Position numbers and translations under genes: made by a program
The notes under the pieces: generated by a model
The model's database searches: none
Told to the model about the DNA's origin: nothing
The model's input: the letters and a program-made list of their open reading frames with translations, nothing else
Part shown: piece by piece, positions 13,101 through 24,100 of the stretch
How the letters are laid out: each line of letters starts with the position of its first letter
Position numbering within the stretch: position 1 is the stretch's first letter
Origin: Takakia lepidozioides
Taxonomy: Eukaryota > Plantae > Bryophyta
Length of the DNA stretch: 64,000 nt
Assembly (NCBI GenBank): GCA_030704615.1
Contig: CM060731.1
Coordinates: 64,294,001 to 64,358,000, forward strand
Direction: 5' to 3'

Positions 13101-13674
13101 GTGGTGGGAGGGAGTTCAGAGAAGATGCCAAGTATGCCTCCGTTGAGAACCGCCTCGCTACAAGTATGGTTTGCGCCGACTATATCATGGAACCCACCCT
13201 AAACCCTAAAATCCCTGTTGAGCTTTAAGGTAGGTCTTTCTTTCACGAATTTCAATAAGGTCCATGGTCACATGAAGGTCTTGTTCTGTACGTTTTGCAG
13301 CGTGACAAATCGCGGAAATGTGTCCAACGAGCTTCTGCATAAGCTATTCTCTTCCAGAAGTACGCAACTACACCTATTGAGCAGTACCAATCAGCTCTTC
13401 CAACGGACGTCTACGAGAAGTGTTTGAACAAGCGGGATGGGAACTGGATGACTATGCCGCGGGACGCCCTCATAGAGTACATGGGTCGGGAGGGATTCTG
13501 TAGAATTAGAAACGTCTGCTTGGATGCCCATGCCCACCTGCCTGCCACCGTTGAGAACACCGAGCTCATCCGGAAGAAACTGGCTAGCGATTTCCAGATG
13601 CACAGGACAAAATGGTACACCAAAATCGCAAAATATTCTTCTATCTGCGATCCTGCACTGGGAACTGGCTTTCT

Positions 13675-14030
13675 TTTTGAGATAACCATGATGGACCTGA
13701 GGGAACCACGATTTTCAATGTCCGCATTGAGCACCCAACTTGTCACACAGACATGTCTTGACAAGTTGGCCCCATGAACTTTATTGATATAGGGATACCA
13801 TGCTTGAAGCCTATGATTCCCATCCCAGACATGAAACATCTTCCCCCGAAGATGATGCAATTTTGGCTTGGACTCAAGATACTTCTCAAACTCATCATTG
13901 ACTGTTTTCCAATGACTATCCCATGTAGAGATGATATCATACATCTATAGTAGATCCATCAATCCCCTCAACAGAAACATAGAACACGGCTGCTCCTGGA
14001 TGGTATCCAAGAACATGACAACATTGAACA
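13675..14030 (-). pseudogene. Antisense-inserted fragment of a paralogous ParB-like gene
   Basis: GYHPGAAVFYVSVEG...WDSHWKTVNDEFEKYL...RGKMFHVWDGNHRLQAW...SRHVCVTSWVL (DGNHR 13824-13810), colinear with the plus-strand domain at 12470-12780. Confidence 0.75.
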
Positions 14031-15274
14031 TGAAAGTAAATGAAGAATAGAAAGGAAACTCACACATTCACATTACAAGTCTCTTGCTGTCAATCAGAAG
14101 CCGGAAATGACTCTCGAGAAGTTGCAGATGCTTGCCACGAGCGAGGTCAGCCCGAAGGAGAAGATTTTTTGGTTGAAGCTGTGGAATTCTGACTCCACAA
14201 CCCGCAAAAAAGAGAAATTTTCCCATGCTCCCACAGATGTGGTGTTTGGCTTGTGGTGCGACAAAAAATGACATGGTGGTTCCAGGTAAGACGTTGGCAA
14301 TACTGGTGGTGGCTTCATGTTACAGTTATTGTTGCAATCTCTCATCTCTAACAATTGACGTGGTGGACTCGCAGCAAAAAGAGGAAGCAGAGCGGCAGTT
14401 GACTATGCTGGTTTAGAAAGGGTTCCTGCAGCTGCCAACCCAGGAAGAGGCTCCCATTTTGAAGACCCTCTCTGTCTGGGTGGACGATTTCCGCCTCAAG
14501 TTCTGGAGGGAGCTATTCTGGTGCGAGATGAAGGATGGGCCTGCCCGCAATTGGCCGATTACTAAGCAACCTAATGGAACTTTACTAGCTCGCAGGCTCG
14601 TGTACAGGTACATAATTGTCATTGCAATTCACCCACCCTTCGCATATGCCATACAACAAATAGGGTGTGGGAAGTAGCGGTGCAAAAATAATCTGTAGGC
14701 TCGTTGTAGTCGGCAACAATTTCAGTAGTCGGCAGTATTGTTGTTGCTCGTGGTCGGCGCCGACTACTGGGCTCAGACATTGTACTCATAGTCGGCAACG
14801 ACTAAAGGATGGGGCTGGGGTAGCCATTGGGTATAGTCGGCAACGACTATACTAAGCCGGCCCTGTCGTAGCCAGTCCGACCAAAGTTGGCCTGGTCATA
14901 GTCGCCCCCGACTATGACACAGGTTTTGGCCTTTATTGGTTCATAGTCGCTGCCGACTATTGTAAGTGGGCCGTGACTACTGCCTTCAGATTAAAAACTA
15001 ACTCAATTCCATAGTCGGCAACGACTGTCTGGTGGGTCCTCGGAAGTCCATGCCGTGTAGTGTACAGCCACATTCGGGTATGCCCCTGGTTGGTGGCTGA
15101 CTAACCCACAGTTCAGAGTCGTAGTCACCACCGACTATGACAATGCCTTCGGACTATTTGGTGTCATAGTCGCTGCCGACTACTGCATCTGGTAAGAGAC
15201 AAATAGGTTCGGTTTTCATACCCTACACTTCTCATTATATAAACTTTTATTTGCTCGCCAACAAACATATTAGG

Positions 15275-18200
15275 CCCGGTTATCAACGTACGTCCGTCAG
15301 TCAGCGTCAGGTCACGTCAGACCTGATGCAGAGACCTCCGTCACGTCAAGTTCCGGGAATATTCTAGTAAAAAAGTACCAGGTAAAATATTGTCACTTAA
15401 GCAGCTACGTCGCCGACACGGTGGCGGTGACAAATACATTTTGAAAAATAATAAAATGAAAGAGACCCCTAATTCTGGCGGTCGCTTAATATTTCGGAAA
15501 TTTAGAAATAAGAGCGACCGCCAATTCTGGCGGTCGCTTTATATTTTGGAATTTTAGAAAAATAAGAGTGACTGCCAACATGGCGTTCGCTTAATTGTTT
15601 TTTAAAAAAAATAAAAAAAATTTGGCGGCCGTATTGGCGGTCGCCTAATTTTTAAAATTTTTTTTAGCAACCTCCGTATTGGCGGTCGCATAATATTGAA
15701 AAAATATAAAAAAACAAGCGACCGCCAGAATTGGCAGTCGCTTGTTTTCAATAATACATAAAAAGCAAACGACCGCCATAATATGGCGGTCGCTTTATTT
15801 TACAAATATATTAAAAAACCAGCAACCACCATAATATGGTGGACGCTTCATTTTAAAAATATATTAAAAAAAACCAGCGACTGCCATAATATGGCAGTCG
15901 ATATATTTTATATATATTAAAAAAGCCAGCGACCGCCATAATATGGCGGTCGCTTTAATTAAAAAGAAAAAACAAAACAAAACAGCGACTGCCATAATAA
16001 GGCGGTCGCTTTATTTTAAAATATAAATATATTAATATATAAAAAACTATTAAAAATATTTTTAATTTCAGGAAATGCAGCGACCGCCAGTAATGTGGGT
16101 TGCATTTATTTATTTATAAAATAGAGTGACCGCCATTATTGGCGGTCGCTTTTGTTTTTTTTTTTCGTTTTTTTCTTAAGGGATGAGAGGCCCTGAAAAT
16201 TTAGAATAGAGCGACTGCCATTACTGGCGGTCGCTTGTATATTTTTAATTTCAGAAAATGCAGCGACCGCGAGTAATGACGATCGCTTTTATTTTTATTT
16301 ATTTAAATAGAGCGACCGCCATTATTGGCGGTCGCTTGTATATTTTAATTTCTCAAAATACAGAGACAGCCAGTAATGGCAGTCGCATTTTTAAAAAAAA
16401 TAAATTTATTTTTAAATAGAGCGACGGCCATTACTGGCGGTCGTTTATATATTTTTAATTTCTGAAAATACTGCGACCGCCAATTATGGCGGTCGCTTTT
16501 ATTTTTCATTTAAAAAAAATAGAACGACCGCCATTACTGGGTGGTCGCTTGTATATTTTTAATTTATGAAAATGTTGCCACTGCCAGTAATGTCGGTCAC
16601 TTTTTTGTTTCCTTTTTAATAAAGCGACCGTCGTTACTGACGGTCGTTTTATTGTTGTTTTTTTTAAATGTAGCGACCGCCATGGTGGCGGTCGCTTCTA
16701 GAAGGTGTGCCTTACGCGTGGTCCGAGGAATGAGAGGGGGGGCAGATAAGCCAATGGAGGCTCATTCTCCCCTCACTTCCTCTCCACACAACTTATGTGC
16801 GACCGCCATTATTGGCAGTTGATTTTGCTTATTTATTTATTTTTAAATAGAGCGACGGCCATTACTGGCGGTTGCTTGTATATATTTAATTTTTAAAAAT
16901 GCTACGACTGGTGGTCTATTGTATATTTTTAATTTATGAAAATGTTGCGACTGCCAGTAATGGCGGTCGTTTTTAGTTTTTTTTTAAGCTTGCTGTCTGG
17001 AACAACTGCTTCTTCAGGGAGTTTGAGAGAGACAAATGAATCTCCAGTTCCTACGAATTCAAAAAGTTGCAGCAAACACTCACATCACGAAAGAATGAGC
17101 TTTCTGTGACTACCAAGGCTTGGAATAAAGCCAATAATCTTACTGATGCCTATGCAGCCTTGGTTGTGAACCTCATGCGAAGCGTATGGAGGCTTTATAG
17201 CAGCAGTTGGATATGTACAGACTCAAAGAGGAGCAGACTCAAGGAAGAGCAGACTCTTCGGGGTGCTATACAGGACTTGGTGGATAATCATCTTGGTTAA
17301 CACAAGGGCCGGAAGAAGGGAAGGCACCAAGGAAGCTCGCCCTGGAGGAGAAAAATGATCTCAAGCTGCAGGTGTAGAACATTGCCACAATCAATATAGA
17401 CAATGTCTATAGTAGAATAACTGAGTTGCAGGATGATGTGGAAGGGCTGTAGATTCAAAAAGATGATTTTTTTTTTAATATTGCGACCGTCGTTATTGGC
17501 GATCATTTTTTTTGTTGTTTTTCTTATATGTAGCGCCCGCCATGGTGGCGGTCGCTTCTAGAAGCTGTGCCTTACGCGTGGACCGAGGAATGAGAGGGGG
17601 GTGGGGAGATAAGCCAAGGGAGGCTCATTCTCCCCTCACTTCCTTTCCACACAACTTATGTGCGACCGCCATTATTGGCGGTCGCTTTAGTTTTTTATTT
17701 ATTTTTAAATAGAGCGACGGCCATTATTGGCGATTGCATGTATATTTTTAATTTCTGAAAATTCGGCGACCGCCAGTTATGGCGGTCGTTTTTTATTTAT
17801 TTATTTGAAAAATAGAGCGACCGCCATTACTGGTGGTCGTTTTTATATTTTTATTTTTCTCTGTGAAGAGTCAATGCCAATAAGTTGAAGGGGTACAGTG
17901 GTATCCATGACAAACCATTGCAGCACGATTTGCATTGAAATGTTGCGACTGTCAGTAATGGCGGTCGCTTTTATTTTTTTGTTTTTCTTAATAGAGCGAC
18001 CGTCGTTACTGCCGGTCAAATTTATTGTTTAATTTTTTAAATAGAGCGACCGCCATTACCGGCGGTCGACTTATTGTTTCAAAAAAAAATGTAGCGACTT
18101 CCATGGTGGCGGTCGCTTCTAGAACGTGTGCCTTACGCGTGGACTGAGGAATTAGAGGGGGGGAGGGGGGGGGAAAGATAAGCCAAGGGAGGCTCATTCT

Positions 18201-20110
18201 CCTCTCACATCCTCTCCACACAACTTATGTGTGACCACCATTATTGGCGGTCGTTGTTATTTTTTATTTATTTTTAAATATAGCGACGGCCATTACTAGC
18301 GGTCGGTTGTATATTTTTAATTTCTGAAAATGTTGCGACCGCCAGTTATGGCGGTCGCTTTTATTGTTCATTTTTTTAAATAGAGCGACCGCCATTACAA
18401 GTGGTCGCTTGTATATTTTGAATTTCTGAAAATATTGCGACAATTAGTAATGGAGATCGTTTTTTGTTTTTTTTAATAGAGCGACCGTTGTAACTGGCGG
18501 TCGCTTTTATTGTTTTTTTTTTTAATATAGCGACCGCCATTACTGGCGGTCGTTTTTTTGCTTTTTATTTTAAATGTAGCGACCGCCATAGTCTTTTTAG
18601 AAAAACTTAACAGAGCGACCGCCGTAGTGGCGGTCGCTTCATTTTTTTTAAAAACGAAAAAGAAAGACAGCCATAAGGCGGTCGCATCATTTTTTTTTAA
18701 AAACAAATTAAGAAAATTGAAAAAAAAACGTAAACGAGCGTCCGCCGAATTAGCAGTCGCTTCAATTTCTTAAAAAATAAAGAAGAGTGACCACCGTATG
18801 GCGGTCGCTTCAGTTTTTTTTTGTTTTTTAAATAAATAAATGAAAATATATTAAATCTAATTTTCTTGAATTGTTTTCTTATGAGCGACCGCCGTATTGT
18901 CGGTCGCTTCAGTTTTCTTAAAAGCGAAAAAGAGCGACCGTCATCGGTCGGTCGCTTCATTTTTTAAGAATTGTTTTAAAAGAAAATTCTTAATTAAAAA
19001 TAAATAAAGGATTGATTGCTGAATTGGCGGTCGCTTCACTTTCTTTAATAAGCGGAGAAGAGCGACCGCCGTATGGCGGTCTTTTCATTTTTTTCTAAAA
19101 AAAAATTATTTTAATTTTTAATTTTTAATTTATTAAAAAAAACTTAAAAACTTAAAAACTAAAAAACCTTAAACGAGCGACTGCCGTTTTGGCGGTCGCT
19201 TCAGTTTTTTAAAATGCGAAAAAGAGCGACCCCCATATGGCGGTCGCTTCATTTTTAAAATAAATAAACGAAAATGAGCAACCGCCGTAGTGGCAGTCGC
19301 TTCATTTAAAAAATAAAAAATAAAATAAAGACCGCCGTACTGGCGGTCGCTTCATTATTTTAAATAAACAATAAAGAGCAACTGCCGTATTGGCGGTTAC
19401 TTCATATATTAGCGACTGTCGTAGTTGCAGTCGTTTCTTTTAAATTCCTAAAAAAAAAAGCCACTGGCGCTAAATGGTGGCCGCTAAATTTAAAAACACA
19501 AAACGAGCGACTGCCATTTGGCGGTTAAGAAACGACGGTTTGTCGGTTGCTTCATTTTAGAATAAAAATAAAAATATGCGACGGCCGGCGAATGGCGGTT
19601 GCTGTGTTTTTTAAAATATGTTTTAAACTGCGAGCGACAGCCAATTTGGGCGGTCGTTTAATTTTTAAAACTAATAATTTTCAAGCGACCGCCAATATAG
19701 GCCGTCGCTTAATTTAAAATATAATAAATTGCAAACAACCGCCAATATGGGCAGTCGTTCGATTTAAAACTTCATAAATTATCCGCAACCGCCAATATAG
19801 GCGGTCGTCTAATTTAATAAAATATTAAATTACAAGCGACCGCCAATATGGGTGGTCGCTTGATTTAAAAAATAATAACTTTTAGGCGTCCGTATTTTTG
19901 GGCGGACGTATTTTTTTTCAAATAAATTAATAAATTTTAATAATTGGCCACGTCTGTTTTACAGCGTGGCTGCCATGTCATTACAAAAAGTAGAAGTGAA
20001 TCATAAAAGTTAAATAAAAAAATTACTTGGATAAATGTCCGGATTCGACGAGACGGCTGACGTGATGTCTGACGTGTCCGGGCCACGTCACGTCAGCAAT
20101 GATAACTAGG
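15275..20110. mobile_element. Non-coding foldback-type element made of a palindrome array
   Basis: Ends CCCGGTTATCA / TGATAACTAGG with diverged TGACGT-rich terminal inverted regions, flanked by ATATTAG at 15267-15273 and 20111-20117. Interior has dozens of AGCGACCGCC-N3-6-GGCGGTCGCT palindromes about every 60 bp with AT-rich spacers. Confidence 0.8.
16697..18235 (+). repeat. Three copies of a ~105-120 bp higher-order unit inside the array
   Basis: TCTAGAA..TGTGCCTTACGCGTGGACCGAGGAATGAGAGGGGG...GGAGGCTCATTCTCC...CCACACAACTTATGTG at about 16697, 17557 and 18118. Confidence 0.9.
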
Positions 20111-20386
20111 ATATTAGATGTATGCCCACGAGTGTCACATAGTGGGCCAGCCTCCAGTCAGACTGCATAATGTACAACGACAGGCAGTTGGGCGAGTACG
20201 TGAAGGTTACACATCCGCCTTGCTACTGGTGGTTGGACTTGCCACCCGATATTATTCCAGACATTGAACTGGATGTGTACAAGAAGTACACCAAAAACGA
20301 ACTGGCAGCACCAACTCACATGAAGCCATTGACGGAAGAGGGTGCCAAGGAGGCTGCAATTGTCGCTGTCGCACACCTCGAACAAG

Positions 20387-21193
20387 CACTAAAACAGATC
20401 GCGGTATTTATGACTGTATATATGACTATTCTGCAGTCATAAACGGTATATATGTCTTCTATGACTGTAAGTCGTGCAAACCAAGTCAATATAATGAGTA
20501 CAGGATGGTACGGTCCTGATGACTACAGTCATATGAACCAAGTGATATCTCTCACTGCAGTCATATATACCATACTGCAGCCGCCGTTGCCGCGCCACGT
20601 GGCGAGACGCAATTGATTTAAAAAAATTAAATTAATTTAAAAAAATAAAAAAATAAAAACATATGTCAAACGCCGCATCGCACCGCATTGTGCCACGTGG
20701 CATAATGCATTTTATAATAATGAAAAAACCACGTGGCAGTCCATCTAGGGTACCACATGCTATCCCTAGCTCGCCTACTAACCCTAGGGCCATCTTATCC
20801 ATTTGATTGTACTTAGAGGAGTTTGAACCTGCAACCTCTTTACTATAAGAGTTATAGTTCACTACCTGTTAACCAATGCACCAATTAGTCATTCATATGA
20901 TCATATGGTGTTTTACTTGTATTATACACACCAAATTACAAAATCCCCAGTAGTCATCATGACTATGTAACCTCATCCATGTAAATGAGGTGAGCTAAAT
21001 ATGATCAATTGTCGTTGACCAGCCTTCCGCCCATTCCGGAGCCATGTAATCATACAGACGACTATTTAGATAGTCGTTCATATGAGTACAGTAGGTCAAT
21101 TTCATATAAAAACATGGTGCAGTCATGGTCAAAGTCATGAAAATCATGACTACCACGGTTTGGCAGTCATAACTACCGCGATCTGTTGTAGTG
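20387..21193. mobile_element. Short non-autonomous CACTA element (807 bp)
   Basis: TIR CACTAAAACAGATCGCGGTATTTATGACTG and CAGTCATAACTACCGCGATCTGTTGTAGTG, TSD AAG (20384-20386, 21194-21196), ATGACT/AGTCAT subterminal repeats. Removal restores ...AHLEQ|VNTALEEAEAKKK in frame. Confidence 0.95.
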
Positions 21194-24100
21194 AAGTGAA
21201 TACAGCTCTGGAAGAAGCGGAGGCCAAGAAAAAACCAAAGAAAAGGAAACAGAAACCGAAGAAGACAGCCATCACAGGGCAGACAACCCCCCTCCCTCCC
21301 AGCACAAGGCCTGCAGGCAATCAAGATGTGGAGGGTGTGGATGAGACAGATGGTGCTGAGAGGGAAGACAACCAATTGGCGTTTATAGATGCCATACATA
21401 ACTTCCAGATTGAGCGAAGGAATTGATCTTCTCGAAACCCTGCTTGGACAAACACAAGTGACGATAGAGGCATGCAGCTCTCAACTGTGCTGCTTTACGA
21501 GGCTATTTCTTTGCGAGAAGGGGTACCAAACAATTTAAGCAGTTTAAGCAGTTTAAGCAGTTTGAAGTTACCTGTGGCTGCCTTGCCTTTCCAGATTGAT
21601 GCAAGCCTGCGGATGACTAGCTGGAACCAATTGCACTTGAGGCATGCTACGTTCAACTTTTCATCACACCTTTCTCGACATTCTTTTAAAAAGTATTTAA
21701 TAGTCGTCAAATATCCATTGTGTTAGTTATAGGTTGTCTACAGATATACAGTCGGTGCAGACTATGTCTCGGGTTGCATACTGTTTTTGCATAATCGACA
21801 CCGACTATTTCTCAGTGCACCCACATTAAGATTTATAGTCGGCACCGACTACTAGAATGGTATGTCATGTTAGTTAGTCAATGTAGTGCCGGATCATCGG
21901 ATTTCATGATCGGTGCCGACTATCAAACAAAGGTGGGTGGTTTCGATGTTGTAGTCTGTAACGACTACCACAACTCATTTTAGAATTGTGCAGCTAGAAA
22001 GTCCATTAGGTTTCTTGAAACATAACCTATACATAATGTTGTAGGTCTTCTCTTACATAATACCGATCTCACGGGGTTCCTCCTCAAATTTGAAATGACA
22101 AATTGTGATTTTCTATGCATTTTGCCTACTGAGGGGCATGGACGCCAATTTCAACTTGCGGGAGATAGCTGCAAAGCTTGACACCGACCACAACAGCGTC
22201 ACTGAGGATGTGGTGAGGAACGCCACAAACGACAAGATGACACCTTCTTCTGCGGGGCACGTGAGAAAAGCCCCAGGTTCATGCAAACCTTCATGGAGAT
22301 GTGTTCACCAAAAGGGGGAACAGTAGTCGATCTGACGGCGGGATGCGGGTCCTCCATGGTGGCTGCAACAATTTGCGGAAGGCATCTGCTCGCCTTGGAA
22401 GAGAACGACGAGCTACTACGAGAGAGGCTAGGGGGATTGCAGCGGCAGGCACCTGCGGCCACCGTCGTTGCTAACACAGCTGCCGACACTGACTGGTTGA
22501 ACGACGACAAGGATAACATTCAGATTCACGTATAATCGTTTGAGTGTATAAGTCCAACTTCTATGTAAGTGTCTTTATTGTTAGCATATTCTGAATGTTC
22601 CCATTTCCTCAAATTATCATTCATGCAAAACTTGATCTAATATGTTCTGTCGTAATTGCAGTTATGAGCCGCCTTTGCAGATTGCAAAGCGTCCCGTTGA
22701 GGCCATTATGGGAATTCCAGGGTCTTCCACGGATATCAGGAAGGAGGACGTTGGTAGGGAGAAGAGGTTGAAAGTGCTTGAACAGATTGCAGCTCTAACT
22801 ACTCCGGAAAAAGGGTACGACTTGCCTCCATATGCGGCAGCAGAAGCGCAGACTCAGGCTGAGCAACCATAGACAGGAATGTCTCAGCAGGCACAATGGC
22901 CAGCACAAGTGAGGGCTGCTGCTCAATTTTCAATGGTACAAAATATTTTGATAATTCTACAGAAAAGGGATCGGAAATCGATGATCCAACGACCGAGGAA
23001 GGCTCCGACGAAGAGTGTGTTGACGAGATCATTGGTAAGGAGAGGACTCCTAGCCCAAATATCAGTTTAAGACTTGGCCTCGACTTGCTACCGGGTCCCT
23101 CCCCCTCAACAGTAGTTTCTAGGGTGTTGCAGGACATAGCGTCGGAGTATGATGAGGACCCTGGTAGTCCGAATGTTACATAGTTGCATTTGTTTTTCTT
23201 TGAATGCAAACACAAAGGGGTTTCTCTGATGCGTTGAATCATTTGGAAAAGATCGTACAGTGATATGGGTGTAATTGAATGTTGCGCAAAATTTTACTCC
23301 AATGTGGATGTTCAGACTTCTTAATTGAATTATCTTCATATCCTCGCTATCCTTCAATCCTTCACATTCCCCTAGTTTGGAATTGCTGGAGTGCTGAGCC
23401 TAGTCTGCTGAAGTCATAAATTGCCGGTCACACATATCCAAATGAATCATGTCACTACTCTGCTGATTGATGTGAAGATCGTTGCCATGACATGACAGTC
23501 GCAACGCCCAAATATTAAACTTATGTCCATATGCACACTTCTTCCCTCACAGACAATCACGTTTCAATAGTGTCCATTTCAAGAACAAGTAGCTTTCAAC
23601 TATGTAGTTATAGACACAACAGGTCTAGTTTGGATCCAGCTTTTACTGGGGATGATATAGTCGGTGGCGACCATAACAACTAATATCCCCGTACGGACTT
23701 GCCAATTTTGAGGGTGGTACTATAGTCGTGGCGATTACAACAATTCACCTACAACCCACGGTGATAGGCGTTCCACCATCTATTTCCGTGGAATGTTACC
23801 ACTATGCATTAAGTCGGCAGTTTTGGTTGCCGACCTCCACCTTCGAGTAGGTTCGGTGTAAGTTCGGATGAGGGTCGGGAAACTCTGCTCATGCTCATGC
23901 GCTCACCGCTCATGCTCATGAATTTGCAATCCCCTGATGAAAGTATTAGGCATTTTATACTCTGGCCTCCATTATTTTTTTAGAGTAATAGAATTGAGTG
24001 CTTCTAAGCTTGCACACTAAAAAAGAACGCGAGTGGTGGGAACAGCAGTGGCACATTAACCCTTAGGCGCCCACTAAGTCCGTTTTCGGCTTTGGCGGAT

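Larger units (their letters stand above)
11977..22535 (+). pseudogene. Multi-exon ParB/Srx-like domain + N4C/N6A DNA methyltransferase gene (disrupted)
   Basis: ATG at 11977. Exon with ...EFLSNK*LHIYDGNHRWYGW (DGNHR 12679-12693). Phase-compatible GT/AG intron 12818-13300. Further coding blocks 13301-13640, 14075-14610, 20119-21500 (in frame once the CACTA is removed) and 22045-22535 ending EKSPRFMQTFMEMCSPKGGTVVDLTAGCGSSMVAATICGRHLLALEEND. Confidence 0.65.
2290..23680. repeat. Dispersed 18-bp palindrome GTAGTCGG(CA)CCGACTAC
   Basis: Variant copies at about 2290, 2455, 2677, 2820, 2940, 4132, 4216, 4328, 4381, 11047, 11121, 12985, 14706-15182 (dense cluster), 21750, 21835, 21950, 23658. Not seen in the nested CACTA or array elements. 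Confidence 0.85.
2000..23900. mobile_element. Large Mutator-like DNA transposon relic carrying a transposase and a ParB-methyltransferase gene (ends not resolved)
   Basis: The same 18-bp palindrome family occurs from ~2290 to ~23680. Sequence rejoins across three nested insertions (4440-10931, 15275-20110, 20387-21193). Transposase on minus and ParB-MTase gene on plus are divergent. Termini and TSD not found. Confidence 0.55.

Noticed and set aside
16541-18960. ORFs in the palindrome array (ATA...VAVA peptides)
   Set aside because: Translation artefacts of the repeat.
15470-19910. CRISPR array (palindromic ~26-bp repeats with ~35-bp spacers)
   Set aside because: Spacers are low-complexity poly-A/T and similar to each other, repeats are degenerate, there are no cas genes, and the context is a eukaryotic TE.
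23330-23640. Possible CCCH zinc-finger remnant on minus strand (RDCL*GKKCAYGH)
   Set aside because: First Cys missing and stops present; too short to support.
24056-24080. piggyBac-like end TTAACCCTT
   Set aside because: No matching opposite terminus found in the window.
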